Shown: positions 32,801 to 47,300 of the stretch, one piece after another
How the letters are laid out: the number at the start of each line of letters is the position of its first letter
How positions within the stretch are numbered: position 1 is the first letter of the stretch
Source: Catajapyx aquilonaris
Taxonomy: Eukaryota
Assembly: GCA_000934665.2 (NCBI GenBank)
Contig: JYFJ02002726.1
Span: 1-51,966, forward strand
Length of the DNA stretch: 51,966 nt
Direction of reading: 5' to 3'
Program-made: the position numbers and the translations under genes
The notes under the pieces: generated by a model
Database searches by the model: none
Told to the model about the DNA's origin: nothing
What the model saw: the letters and a program-made list of their open reading frames with translations, nothing else

Positions 32801-35800
32801 CCCAGTGCGCCGCATTGCCATTGAGACAGTGGACCACCTGAGTGACACGCTGAACTTTTCCGCCTTTGCCTCTCGCATTGTCCACCCGCTGGTTCGTACC
32901 CTGGACACTTGCCCTGAGCTGAGGACTGTTTCCATGGACACATTGTCAGCGTTGGTTATGCAGCTGGGAAAGAAGTACCAGATATTTATCCCTATGGTTC
33001 ACAAGGTGCTCATGAAGCACAGGATCAACCACCAGAGGTATGACCTGCTCGTCTGCAAGGTGGTGAAGGGGTCCACTATTGCGGAGGAGGAGGAAGATCC
33101 ACTGCTGGCCAGGCATAGACACACGAGGCATCGGAACAGAGAGATGGCACTGCTTGCTGCTGATACTACCACCATCAAAAAGGTTGGAATAATTTCTAAA
33201 CCACTTGTTTCAACTTTATTTTAAACATGCCAGTGTAAAATTTAAGTGCAGCTGTATGAAATGACAGCAACAGTGTTTAACTTCCATATTTTTATTTAGC
33301 TCCATGTGTCAGCAGCCAATCTTCAGAGGGCCTGGACTGCAGTTCGTCGTGTGTCAAAGGATGATTGGCTCGAGTGGCTGCGTCGTCTCAGTGTGGAGTT
33401 GCTGAAGGAGTCTCCCTCGCCAGCCCTTCGTTCATGCTGGGCCTTGGCTCAGACTTATGCCCAACTTCCTCGTGACCTCTTCAATGCTGCTTTCGTGTCA
33501 TGCTGGACAGAGCTGAGTGAGCAGCAGCAGGAGGAGTTGATACATAGTCTGCAGCAGGCCCTGCAGGTTCAGGACCTGCCTGAGATTACCCAAGCTATTC
33601 TCAACCTGGCTGAGTTCATGGAGCATTGCGAAAAGGGACCCTTACCCTTAGATCCGCAGCTGCTTGGTGAGAGGGCACTGCACTGCAGGGCATATGCAAA
33701 GGCTTTGCACTACAAGGAGGATGAATTCCATCGTGGACCTACCTCCCAAGTGCTTGAAGCTCTGATTTCAATCAACAACAAACTTCAGCAGAAGGAAGCA
33801 GCATCAGGTTGGCTTCTTCCACCCCTCTCTTCCTGCTAGCCAGTCATATTTTTTAAGGCAGGGTAATTGCAGAGAAATGACTGTGAACCGTTTCAGGGCT
33901 GCTGGAATATGCAATGAAACATCATGGGGCTGATCTGAAGGTGCAAGAACAGTGGTATGAGAAACTTCATGACTGGGAACATGCATTGCATTCCTACAGA
34001 CAGAAGCAGGATCAAAACCCAGACGATGTGGATATTGCTCTTGGACAGATGCGATGCTTGGAAGCACTTGCTGAGTGGTGAGTTAATCCAAACCTAATTG
34101 TGCAGCTGTTCCTATAATTTGGTACATTGCAACAATTGTGCAACACTGTCTTTTTTTTCTTAGGGGGCAGCTGCATGAAGTAGCCAACCGTCATTGGATA
34201 TCATCAAATGACGACAAGAAGCAGAGTATGTCTCGTATGTCTGCTGCCGCTGCCTGGGGTTTAGGCCAGTGGGGTTTCATGGAGCAGTACGTCAACTTCA
34301 TCCCAAGGGACACCCAGGACGGGGCATTCTACAGGGCAGTCCTGGCCATCCACAAGGAGCAGTACCAACAAGCCCAGCAGCTGATAGATGTGGCGAGGGA
34401 CTTGCTTGACATGGAGTTGACTGCCATGGCTGGAGAGAGCTACCAAAGGGCATACGGGGCCATGGTAAATGTGCAAATGTTGGCTGAACTAGAAGAAGTT
34501 ATTCAGTACAAACTTATGCCTGAATGGAGAGATGCCATCAAGAAGATGTGGTGGGACAGGCTGCAGGTATGGCATATGGTTCTAGCTAGAGGGGGTGTAA
34601 GCAATTGTGCGATTGCAACGGTTTGGTAGAGTACAGAGGACTTTTCTTTTTGTCAGGGATGTCAACGGGTAGTTGAGGACTGGCAGAAGATCATCAGGGT
34701 GAGGTCATTAGTGGTGGAACCACATGAGGACATGCACACCTGGCTGAAGTATGCATCATTGTGTCGCAAGTCTGGAAGATTGGTATGTGCTGCCCAAAGA
34801 AATTGACTCCTCACAAATTTGTCTGTATTTTGATAGTGCATTCATCCAATTTTTATCTTAACACTCTTTTGCAGCACTTGTCTCAGAAAGTTTTGGTGAT
34901 GCTCCTGGGGGTGGACCCATCACCGTACCCTGACCAACCATTACCTATACTCCACCCACAAGTCACCTTTGCATACACCAAGCACATGTGGATGGGAGGG
35001 AAGAAGGAGGATGCTTTTAGGCAGCTGCATCACTTTGTGCAGTCATCGTTGCATCCCCAGATAATTCAACTCAGAGGTGCAGAAGACACGCCACATCTGG
35101 TCCAACTCAAGAAGCTTCTGGCCAGGTCAGTACTCGATCCGTTTCCTTCACCAACTGACCATCGCAATTTTTATGCGTTATTCTCGTGTAATTGATTTCT
35201 CCAGGTGTTACCTGAAACTGGGAGAGTGGCAGGAGAACCTTCAAGGGATCAACGAACAGTCCATTCCTGCAGTGTTACAGTACTATGCAGCAGCCACAGA
35301 ACATGATCCTGAGTGGTATAAAGCATGGCATGCATGGGCATACATGAACTTTGAAACTGTACTATTCTACAAACACCAGCAGGGAGGCAGTGACCAACCT
35401 AGGATGGACTCAGGACCAAACAGAACTGGAATTGTACGTCCATTTTAAGATTACTTCATTATTATTGTTGTGCCTTGAAGTACTATTATTATTTTTGTGA
35501 TTATATGTAATTGTACTATTTTTCCTCCCATTTCAGACTTCACAGCAGATGTCATCTTACACAGTTCCAGCTGTCCAGGGGTTCTTTCGATCAATCTCTC
35601 TCTCACATGGCAGCTCCCTTCAGGACACCCTCCGCCTGCTGACCCTTTGGTTTGACTATGGGCAATGGCCAGATGTGTATGATGCCCTGGTGGAGGGAAT
35701 ACGCACCATCGGGATTGACACCTGGCTGCAGGTCATTCCGCAGCTGATTGCTCGGATTGACACCCACCGACCATTGGTGGGCCGTCTCATCCACCACCTG

Positions 35801-38800
35801 CTCATGGACATTGGAAAGAATCATCCGCAGGCTCTGATCTACCCATTGACAGTGGCCTCCAAGTCGGCCAGCCCTGCCAGGCACAATGCTGCGAACAAGA
35901 TTCTCAAGAACATGTGCGAGCATAGTCCCATGCTAGTACAGCAAGCCATGATGGTGAGGGAATTGCATTGCAAGGAAGATGTGTTAGAACTGCCGAAGCT
36001 TGAATTGCTTCATTCTATTCTGAAATTAGGAAAGTGTAGCTGCTTCACCCGTCTCTTTTTCATGCAAAGAAAGTGCAGAAGAGAGACTCGCAGATAATTT
36101 CTTGTCAGTTTTCTGTGTTAGACACGTTTCTTTAAAAATTTCATTCTTTCAGGTGAGTGAGGAGCTGATCAGGGTGGCCATTCTGTGGCATGAGTTGTGG
36201 CATGAAGGCCTAGAGGAAGCATCTCGCCTCTTCTTTGGAGAACGTAATGTGCAGGGAATGTTTGCCACCCTCGAACCTCTGCATGCCATGCTGGAGCGGG
36301 GTCCACAAACACTCAAGGAGACTTCATTCAACCAGGTGATTGTGACTTTTTTTGTGTACAAAAAACTTCATAACTTGTGACTAATTCAATATGGATTCAC
36401 CTCTGAAGCGATGCAGAAGTTATTTGTGTTTGCTGTGTGTAAAACTGTTACGTATTATTTGAGTGCACATATTAGAAGTCTTACTTGCATAATTGATAGG
36501 CTATAGCAAGGTTCACAAGTTGTTATTGCATCACGTTATTATTTGATTTTGATAGTAAATTTTGATAATCTTCTGGAATCTCACATTTAATAATTTCTTG
36601 GCTGTGTGAGAAACGATTGTTTTTAAAAATCCTCCTTATTTTAAAAAACAGGCATATGGTCGTGACCTGGCTGATGCCCAGGAATGGTGCCGTCGTTACA
36701 AGATCTCGGGCAACATACGTGAGCTCAACCAGGCCTGGGACCTGTACTACCACGTCTTCCGACGTATATCTCGCCAGCTTCCGCAGCTTACCAGCTTGGA
36801 GCTTCAATACGTGTCACCAAAGTTGCTAATGTGTCGTGATCTGGAACTTGCTGTACCTGGAAGCTATGTTCCAGGGCAGCCTGTAATACGCATTGCTCAG
36901 ATGCAGAGTTCTCTGCAGGTCATAACTTCCAAGCAGAGGCCTAGGAAGCTCTGCATTAAAGGTTAGTGTCTAGTTGAATCACACCTGAATTGTTTGCCAA
37001 GCATGACTGTGCTTCTTATTTAACATTTTTTGTTATGTTGAGAATGTAGATGCAAGGGAGGTAATATTTATTTCTCAGGGAGCAATGGAAAGGACTTTAT
37101 GTTCTTGCTGAAGGGCCATGAGGATCTTCGTCAAGATGAACGTGTGATGCAGCTGTTTGGCCTGGTGAACACCCTCTTGATCAACGATCCAGACACATTC
37201 CGGCGCAACTTGACAATCCAACGATATGCAGTCATTCCCTTGTCCACCAACAGTGGATTGATTGGCTGGGTACCGCATTGTGACACCCTCCACACCCTCA
37301 TCCGGGATTACCGAGAGAAGAAGAAAATACTGCTAAACATTGAGCATCGCATCATGTTGAGGATGGCACCTGACTATGACCACTTGACCCTTATGCAGAA
37401 GGTGGAGGTGTTTGAACATGCTCTGGAACATACCCAAGGGGATGACCTGGCGAAGTTGCTGTGGCTCAAGTCCCCGTCTTCTGAGGTGTGGTTTGATAGG
37501 CGGACCAACTACACCAGGTCACTTGCTGTCATGTCCATGGTTGGGTACATCCTTGGATTGGGAGACAGGTCAGTTCAGATTTTGTGTTGCTATTTCATAA
37601 GTATAATAATAATTGCTATGAAACAGTGCAATGTGTCACCATTTTAGGGCCAGAATTGAAGAGCATGTTTGCAAATGAGTTCTTCAATTATTATGCATCA
37701 TGAAACTACTTATTAGTTGAATTATGATGTCTCAACTTTTGTACCTGCAGACATCCTTCAAACTTGATGCTGGATCGCCTGAGTGGCAAGATCCTTCACA
37801 TTGACTTCGGGGACTGCTTTGAAGTGGCCATGACCAGAGAGAAGTTTCCCGAAAAGATTCCTTTCCGGCTCACACGTATGTTGATCAATGCCATGGAAGT
37901 AACTGGTATTGAAGGCACATACCGGCGCACCTGTGAGTCTGTCATGACTGTCCTGCGTCGCAACAAGGACAGCCTCATGGCGGTTTTGGAGGCCTTTGTT
38001 TACGACCCCCTCCTCAACTGGAGGCTGATGGACAATATTGCCACCAATAAGGCGAAACATTCCAAAGCAAGAACAAACTCGATATCATCCTCATCACAGG
38101 AGACCGCAGTTGGAGGAGGAGGAGGGGGCGTTGTGGGAGGTGTGGGCATAGGTGCTGGGGAAGGAGGGATAGATATGGTGGGGAACCTGAGCAGCGGAAA
38201 GGGAGTCAAAAAACCAGACATATCAGATGGAGGTGCAGGTGAGTTGCAAGTCCATTAAGGGAATATTTGATCTGAAATAGGCAAAGTACTTGTATACAAC
38301 CTGGGACACTGCTGTTACCGACATCTGTGGATACAAAGTCTTTCTTGATCAAACACATTTTCTTGGGAAGACTTTTATTCACTGTAAGCAAAAGTTTGCA
38401 ATCAGTTCTAGAAATGGGTGGAAAATTCACTCCCTCATTTAGTTAAACGTACATGTAATGAAAGGATTTTATGTTGTGTTTCACTGCTGAATGTCTCTCG
38501 TACTTGGAAATGGCATGATGATGATGATGATTTTATGTTCTGCTGGGTATTTTTCAGACTTAGATAGCAACCAACCTGAAGCTCTCAATAAAAAGGCCCT
38601 GAACATCATAAATCGTGTGAGGGATAAGCTCACAGGAAGAGATTTCTCGCATGAACACGGCACCTTAACTGCACCAATTCAAGTTGACCTGCTGATAAGG
38701 CAGGCCACTTCGCATGAGAACCTGTGCCAGTGCTACATTGGATGGTGGGCTGATTTTTTATATTTTCCTTGATTTTCACAGGTTTGGGTTTTCTAAATAT

Positions 38801-38840
38801 TAATGGAGATCTCGCTCGTTTCAGGTGTCCATTTTGGTGA
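26832..38840 (+). CDS. MTOR: Serine/threonine kinase TOR; about 25 coding exons (first 26832-26924, last 38825-38840)
   Basis: N-terminus [39 protein letters not shown], then HEAT repeats, FAT ([12 protein letters not shown]), FRB ([16 protein letters not shown]), the PIKK kinase domain ([35 protein letters not shown] motif) and the FATC end [14 protein letters not shown]. Confidence 0.98.
26939..26970. repeat. (TAA)/(CAA) compound microsatellite in an mTOR intron
   Basis: cataataacaacaacaacaataataataaaca. Confidence 0.7.
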
Positions 38841-39597
38841 GAGATACTGCCACTGATGCCTTCTAGATCAAGTTCTACTGCTGATCATGTGCGTGTGTGA
38901 GGATGGCTGCACATATGTTTCGTTAGCTTTGTTACATTGTTTTTGGTATATGAAGTTGGCTTTAGTTTTTCTAATAAGATGTGCTTAGCTTTAGAACCAG
39001 TGAAGCTTGAAGTGTAATTAAGTACAAATGTCAAGGGTATAGGAGAGACTTCCGAGTTGGTCATCTCGCTGCTTTGTCTGGCATTTCTTGCACTTGAAGC
39101 TGCAAGAAAGGGTATTTTTTCTTATTTCCTCAAAAGCCATTGCGCATTAGGCAGTACTTAGGACCAAGAGTGCCAAAAAATCATTGCATGATACAAATTT
39201 AAACAAATGCAAAATGGGTACTAAGAAGTTAATTTATTATTGGACGATACAGTGACATCAGTTGTCATGTGATTCATGTTTAGCGGGAAATTGATGTTTA
39301 TTAGCATTAGTTTCTTAAGCTTTTGGCAAAGATTTTTCCATGCCTAGGTGCTGCATTGCAAAACTTCATACAACGCTAGTCAAGCTTCAAATTAAGGTTT
39401 ACATGCATGAACATAGGAACTACGCAGTTTTATTCTGATTGTACAGGTGAATGAAAGATGGCAATGAATTTGCCACATAATTTTGCTGCATAATAGAAAC
39501 AATTACTGTACATAAATACTGGGTGGATTGAAAGTTCCTGTAGAGTACTTTTAGATGAATAAGGAATGGGATGTAATATACAGAAGTTACCAATGCA

Positions 39598-42163
39598 TCA
39601 CTTGGCGTCGTTGATTGTGTTGTTTTCAGTGTGATTATTCCCAACGTGGTTGAGCTCCCCTGGGTGAGAGTTATGGTTTTCAAAGGATACCCATTCAGGT
39701 GTGAAACTCAGGGGCAGCAGCTGGGAGAGGGACACCTTGAGCACCTCAAACCCAGGCTTGCACAAGTAGACATCCATGTCACCTCCAAACTCGGCCAGAA
39801 TCTGCCTGCACTGTCCACATGGCGGAACAAATCTAGATTGCATGTGTGCAGTCACAGCAACTGCTAGGAAACGACGGTATCCTGCACAGACAGCAGTGCA
39901 CATTGCAGTCCTCTCAGCGCATGTGGTCAGGCCAAAAGAGACATTCTCCACGTTGCATCCCTGGAATACTCGTCCATCCTCAGCCAGAAGAGCAGCTCCC
40001 ACTGGGAAGTTGCTGTAGCAGCAGTAGGCCTGTTCACGCGCCTTCACTGCACATTGGATCAGATGCTGGATCTCTGGATCTGTATCAAGAATTAGACAAA
40101 AGGTGAGAGGTTGCTTTTATTTACATTTTTAATCATTTGCATGCTTAATAATGTAGGTTCAGTGCATTTAGTGATTATTAGTTCCAGGGTGTGATGCCCT
40201 GCTTGATTTGGAAATATATTGTTATCAGCAGCTTTATGGGATTTCCTACGTGCTATTGTCCAATACACCTAACATAGGCCAACCTGATGCAGAAATGGAC
40301 AGCATTTTTAGGTCCCAGAGTAAGGAATAAGGAAAAATCCTGTGTATAGTGGAATTAGTACTGAATTGAAAATCATCGTACAAATTAAGCAAATTTGGAT
40401 TGGGGTGAAAAAATGGGTGGGTGGGAGGGACATGACTTGTAAAAAGGCAGTGTATGGTTTGACAATTATGGCATTCAGAAAGTGTATATCTATCAGATTT
40501 GCAATCGTAACTTAATTGCACCAACCATTTGCAGATATGTGTGGGCAATTTATCATAATTGATTACATATGAGTAAAATTACATAATTTCCTGCTCTATG
40601 CCCCCAGAGAGCCTGTTGAACTACTGTGCACAATGTACAGTACATGACCTTACATGAGGAATAAGTGTAGATCGTCCTGATTTACATTTACGCATTAGTG
40701 CCCCTTGAAACATGCACCAGCTATAAGAAACATTTTGGCTATCATTTCCATCCCCTATGCGTATTCAGTAGATTGGAGACGCAAAGGAGACGGAGATATG
40801 TTGACGTTACTCATTATAATTATTTTTATATTCAGGATATAGTAAAACTTTGCCTATTATGGCAGTTTTAGAGCAGTTACGAGATACGCTGGTTTTGCTG
40901 TGTGACATTTTAGATATCACTGTGGCTGTGGGCCAATTATAATGTAACACTGATAAGGAAAGTGCCCAATCCAGTTTAATTCCAAATATGTAAATTTCAT
41001 CATATATAAGGTACTACAATGTAAATATATTGATGATAATTTTTGAATAAGAAAAATATGATATGATCTAACAATTAGAATAAGTGAATTTGAGTTTGGG
41101 TGTCTTGGCTACCATTGTCCGGTAATTAATTAAACAATAATTGCCGAGTTCAGCCAGCATTATAGGTCAAATGGGGCCGAAACATACGACAAGCTGATCT
41201 GCACATATCAAGCGTCACTAGCAGGGAACGGAAATCAATAGTCGACCAGGAGGACATGCAAATGTTTGCACCTGCTCTGAACTCTTGTGTGGGTAATAGC
41301 CTTCAAACTATTTTTTTTTTCTCCTTCTCCTCCTCCCTAGACTCCCTCCTATATCCTTTGCATGTTTATAGACTGCATCGCGACGTGAAAAAAGAAAAAA
41401 GAGCGCCACACGGTTCGTGTTGTTGTTCGAGGATTTTCCAGTCACGACTTCGAAAGCAATTTTCCGATCTTTTCCGATTTCAGCTTTGGTACATCACGAT
41501 ACTATTTCGCAGGTGAGTTTCTTTTTTCTGCATGTCCTTGTAAAAGTTCGGGGGTTTGTAAATTACGCACACAGTAGTAGTACGCATTTATTTTTATCTG
41601 CCAACCGCATGACCCTCTTACGTGTGTTGTCGTGTGTCGACAGTCAACATCGTACGTTGTTTTGCTTCAGAAGGAAATGTCTAGAGAGACTTGCACATGT
41701 GGAAAAACAAATCAACCTGAGAGTACCAACAATTGGACTGTACGTGTTAATGACATAATGTGTCAACCCGCAAAAATGTCAAAGGAACATATACCCAAAG
41801 GATCGCACTTCAATATGGCGAAATCTGCCACAAATGACCGAAAATGACACAGGTGGGACATTCAAAGCAATTTTTGTCAAAACTGTTCTCATGTGGGTTG
41901 ACTCATTATTGCACATCACCGTCCAATTAATATTGCGAGTACACTTGTTTTATTGCAATTTTTGAGCGAGAAATGTTTCGGACAAATGTATCCTGCCCGC
42001 TATGCAACCATCAGCACTTGTGAAATGTGGAAGTAATCCTTTCACCTTGCTGGAGGTGGGCCACTATTTGCGACAAAATATGTAGTAATTAACATTTAGA
42101 CGTACCTAGAGTGGTGAACTCTACCAGCTGACCTATCTGATGACGATCGACCTTCTCTCCCAT
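39598..42163 (-). CDS. CDA: Cytidine deaminase (homotetrameric type); exons 42163-42106 and 40079-39598
   Basis: MGEKVDRHQIGQLVEFTTL|DPEIQHLIQCAVKAREQAYCCYSNFPVGAALL...GCNVEN...CAERTA...PPCGQCRQ has the three Cys zinc ligands plus the catalytic Glu. The intron is phase-1 GT-AG. Exon 1 is less certain than exon 2. Confidence 0.92.
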
Positions 42164-44096
42164 TGCGGCTGCAGCAACTAACTGTAAAGATGAGACGGAA
42201 AATCTCGGCTGATAAATCTCGCAATGGTTGTGACATATGCAATATTGTGACCATTTATGCTTACTTCAGCTGTCCAGATAGGCGGAACAGGGAATGAGGA
42301 AAAACCTTGGGGAGGGGACTGGCGAAAGGGGATTAATTTCACGGAGCCCGATATTATTTTAAAGGCGCACCTATATATACAAGGAGAACCGGTGCTATCT
42401 CTCATCTAAAAACTGGCCGATAAACTGCGAGAAGCCGCTGCCTGCAATGCAGTCCGGGCTGTAAATATTGAGGGTTTAAAAATATAAAGGGGGTTGGGTG
42501 ACGGTCTATTGATTCGTGGGAGGGGCTAAGAAGGTGATTAGTAATGTGTGTAATGAATTGGCGGTGTGCGAATTGGCGGGATTCCAACAGGATGATTGCT
42601 TAGGAGAAAACTGCGGAGCGTTTCTTTTTATCCTTTACGTTTTGGCTCTTAAACTAATGTCCTCTCAGAGTCCTCTTGTGCAATGCCCTCATTGTATGTC
42701 TCTCAGCTAAATTTGAAGGATTTATCACGATTGCTAATTGCATTTAATTGAAATGTGTAAACAAAATGCTTGTGGCTTATCATCACCAACGTAATACACA
42801 TATAGCAAGTGAGCGGACTCAAGGTCGGCGCTTTATCTGTGTGCACCCCCTATAGATTTGTTGGATGGCGATTTCCAAACTTGCATTGCCGAATTTGCCA
42901 AAAATTATTTTCGCGATAACAGCAATGAAAAACATGCGTAGATTATGAGAAAACATGCTTGAAATCGCGAAATATGTGGCGACACAATTTTGGCTCTATT
43001 TATATGTTGGCATATTTTTGCCAGTTGCATACTTTATAGCACTGAATAAGTTAGTTATTAGGTAAATTATATGCGTATTAAAACATTTGTATGTGAAGAA
43101 ATGCTGGCAAATGGTATAATGCGTAACATTACTGGGTCACTTGTTATGCAGGCCTCGTATATCTCTTTAATATTCCGATGGAATTATGTCAAGTGTTATC
43201 GCCATTGAGGTCAAGGCGTCCATTTTCATGGCAGCTGAACCCACACTATAGAAGAAGATGATGTTGAAGTGTCATTATAGGACGGCTCATTAACTGCGAG
43301 ATATAATTATAGAATCTGAAGGTGAGGTCACGTTGTATTTTACTATAGAAGTTGACTGCTGTGGCCATTTCCATGAAAACCGCTCCGCGACAACAAGCTG
43401 TAGAACATTCTTGCCAGTCTTAACATCGGATTGCGTTTTTCGACGTTACGCTCAAAGTGACACAATTTCCGATCGATGAGTGCTGGCCACATTGAGTTCA
43501 TTCAGTTTGCCGGATTTCGTCTTACAATCAGTATAGTTATTGAACCCGCCGGTAAGTTACCCCCAAATCGAGTTTAATATCTCGCAACGATATCCGTCCC
43601 CTTCATATAATATATACACGACACGAATAAACCAATGCGATGCAACAATGACCGCTCCTCGTTTTCAATTTACGCCGCTTGTTGCTGGCGTAAAACGAGG
43701 AGTACCTGTGTGTACTATATATATATGTCAGGTAATCATGCCTGCAACTATATGCAGATGGACGGACATCAAGCGAATCTTTCATGCAAATCACACTGAA
43801 TCTATTTATTGCCAGTAAACGACATAAACAATCGTTCATCTGTTGGCATTCCTGCGAGTTTGTTCACCCTAGCAACACATTTTAACTGGTGCTATACAAT
43901 GTGTGTGTCCCAAGTAGTTTTTTGTGTGTGTGTCGACATCCAGTCTTGTCGACTCCGTGTCGTAACATGACGGGAGGTAGATGACCCTGAGACTGTATGT
44001 ACAGCAGTCTTTGTACCCGTCCCAAAAAGTGCTTACTCAGCGAGTCTCCTCTATTTCCCAGCCTGTACCAGCTGGGGCAAGAGAGCTGAGCTGTTG

Positions 44097-44104
44097 TGAC
44101 GTCA
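44097..44104. promoter_or_regulatory. CRE palindrome upstream of UBE4B
   Basis: TGACGTCA about 290 bp upstream of the ATG. A second copy lies at 2667-2674, upstream of UBE2J2. Confidence 0.3.
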
Positions 44105-44391
44105 CGGGCTAGACCAGGGCAAAAAGAGGGGGGGAATAATATCCCTCAGGATAACACAAAACCCCACCTCCCCTAGTAGGCCACTAGCTGTCTGTGTCTC
44201 CAGCAGAGCCTTATTGTGGGCAACAAACGCCTGTGCTTATTACATTGGTTGTTGTGTTTTCTTAATTAGTTGAAGTGGAGGATGCAGACTGGACGGTGAG
44301 AGACAATTATTAGGAAAGAGGAAGAGTCCACAAAGAGAAGAGGAGGAAAATCCCCCAGCAGAAGGAGACAGCTGCATAGGAGAAGAGAAAG

Positions 44392-47300
44392 ATGAGCGAG
44401 CTGAGCCAGGAAGAGGTGTGTTTGTGTTTTTAAAAAAAATTTAAAAAATGATTGGGCTACCAGTAAGGATTTGGCACCGAATGTGTCGGTATGACTTGCA
44501 CAAATGTGCGCTTGACTTTCAGATCCGGCGACGTCGCCTGGCGCGTTTGGGGGGTTTGGACACTTCCGCAGGCGGGAGCGGACAGTCTCCGGGGTTGGCC
44601 AGAGCTGGGTCGGCTTCCCCGACTAAAGCGAGCCTTGGCACTGGTGAACCGTTTCAGGTGGGTCGCTATGGTGTGGGTAAACTGTGCTGATGGAGATCAT
44701 ACGTTGAATGATCAGTTTGGCCAGTCTTGGTGAGGTTCCTACATGAAACTGATAGCGTTCGTTACAGGTTCCGGCCCCGCCAGCGCCAACCACTCCCACA
44801 TGCTCTAAAGAAGGCGTGGGGGTCGAGACACCAGGTGTGGACCCACCGGATGCTGCCTTGAAGACGGAGGAGCCCCTGAGCTCTCAAGAGATGGACGTGG
44901 ATGATTCACGGGACTCGAGAGACTCGCGGGAAGATGCAATGGACATGTCGCAGTCGCAGTGTGCTGCGGCGACTGCGGATGTTGATTCGGGCATAGAGGG
45001 GATGGAGGTGGAGGACGGCGGAAAGGGCGGAGTGGTCTTGGTGGACGGTTCGGGAGGGAACGGGGCCGGTGCAGGGGCTGAGAACAAGGTTGCGCCACGG
45101 CAGCGCACTTCCAGCTCATGCAACGAACCCAGCCTGGAGCAGATACAGGCGGTGGTGTCTCGCGTGTTCAAGGTGTGCTGGGTTGATCCGACTGGTGGGG
45201 AAGGGGGAGCAGACCCTGGGGTGGACACGGGAGAAGATGTGGCGGACTCGGGGGCCGACGCGTTCCTACCGGGTGTGGCCGAGCGGATGAGGGACGGTCC
45301 CATTCAGATTCCAGACCTCATTAGTCAAATAGGTGTGGAGATATTGGGGATGATAGCATGCGGTAAGGATGTTGGGGTCAAGCTGGATTCCTCAAAGTCC
45401 GTAGACCCGTCTTGGACTGCTGAATCACTGATGATTACCTACCTCATGGACTCGTACTCCAGGGTGGCAGTGGAGGAGCTCAATCATCCCAAAGTGAGTG
45501 CCGATTAAAAAACTGGGGCTAGGTCCAGAAGCAATAATTATCACGCACTGAAACCCTGGATATAGCGGAAATATGTTTATTGCAGGAAATATAGAGGCCA
45601 GGGATCGAGGCAGGGATGTAAATTTTAGTCAGATGTAGTGGATCCCTGTCTATTGAGAAAGTAAGGAAAACCCTCTGTGTAATGAGGATAATAACTGCAT
45701 TAAGGCCATTTCTAAAGCGTCACTTGATTTATATCTCTCATAAAAACGTTGATGACTGGTGGGCAATGTGAATAATGATTTGAAAGGAATTGGTGCAGAT
45801 CCACATTCATATGTGCGAATTTGAGCCTCGAAAAACCCTCCTGACCTGTTCCAGTTCTCTTGTTGCTACTTCCATTCCCCACAGGTATAATCAGGCCACT
45901 AGGGCACCCAAATTGACTGCTGACAGGCCCTGAATTACATGTTGCCTGCAATATTAGTTAATTAGCTTAATATCATCCAATAACTTGTGTTTTAAGGGGC
46001 TTACTTTAAAGCCTTTTCACATTTACGGCGGTTTTAAAATTTTGTTTGTAGTCAAAGGCAAAGTGTACAAATCCTCGACTGTTTAATTTGCAGAGAAGCA
46101 GCATTCCTCCACTGAGTGAAGTCCTGTCTGAGATACGTGCCCAGTGTGTCCAATACACGTCTTTAGTTCTCCAGCGTGTGTTCTCAGATGAGTGGAGGGC
46201 AAATGGAGCCTCTCCACTTCTGGACCTTGTCTTGTCACAAGCACTGCCTAGAGGATTCCTGCCAGAGCTGATCTCAAGGCTCAGTACCAATGAAGACGCT
46301 TCATGCCAGGTAAGGGTATGAAGCCTTCACATGTCGGCCCATGTTGTGTAAGCATTGGCCATGCAGTTCTAAAGCGGTGTTTACATGTGAGCAATTCGAC
46401 GAGCGAAATCGTCGCCGAGGCTGAAACTAACAATCGATTTTCACCTCAAACAATATTGGTTACTTCTTTACTTGGGTTACGTAGCCTAGGCGATGACTTC
46501 TCTCCGCTTCGCTCATCAGATCGCTCACATGTAAACGCACCTTAATGTGGCTTGTAATTTAATTGTTTATTTTTTGGTCTGCTAGGTTTTCAACCCAGTC
46601 CTGCAGGGCTTGTTTGTTGGGATGACTACCTCGTCCATGGTAGGCAACATGCACCGGCAGCCCATCAGCACGCTGTACGAGCTTTGCGACATCAGATGTG
46701 GTGCAAACAACTCCCTCCGCCCAGTGTGCCGCCTGGTGACCCGCCAAGTGAACTTCCTCCCGGAGCCAGTGACTCAGGCTGCTGGACGGGAGCTGGCCCA
46801 CACCTCCTTCCTGGGCCCCTTTTTCTCGGTGTCCGTGTTTGCAGAGGATGAGCCGAAGGTGGCGGAGAAATTCTTCTCGGGCAACCCAGTGACAGACCGT
46901 GCTCTGAACCAAACCCTGCAGCAAGAACTGGAGTACGTGCGAACCTTGCTGCACAAGGTGTTTCACGGCCTGCTGGTCAACCCCAGCTCGAGGGAGGCGG
47001 CCATGGAGTTTCTAGCCATGTCCCTGAGGCGCAACGAGAAGCGCTCTCAGTTGCAGATGGACGAGCGGGCCCTGGCCGGCGACGGGTTTATGCTCAACCT
47101 GCTGAGTGTCATGCAGATGCTGGCATTTAAAGTAAAGCTGGACAAGGTGGACCCGCTCTACCCATTCCACCCTAATTGCCTGGTGGAAGTGAAAAGTGAG
47201 ACGAGGCTGAGGTACACCAGTCAAGAGGCCACAAACTGGGTCGATGAACTAAGTACGTCATGTGTTTCATGCTGCGTTCGTGTGCAGTGTGAAAGAAGCA

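Noticed and set aside
36190..36260. FRB substitution RLFFG versus human RLYFG as a rapamycin-resistance change
   Set aside because: The critical Ser (S2035 equivalent, EEASR) is retained, and Phe at this position occurs in rapamycin-sensitive yeast TOR.
39598..40079. Deaminase as an APOBEC/ADAT-type nucleic-acid editor
   Set aside because: CAE...PCGxCRQ with NVEN is the free-nucleoside cytidine deaminase signature, not HxE.
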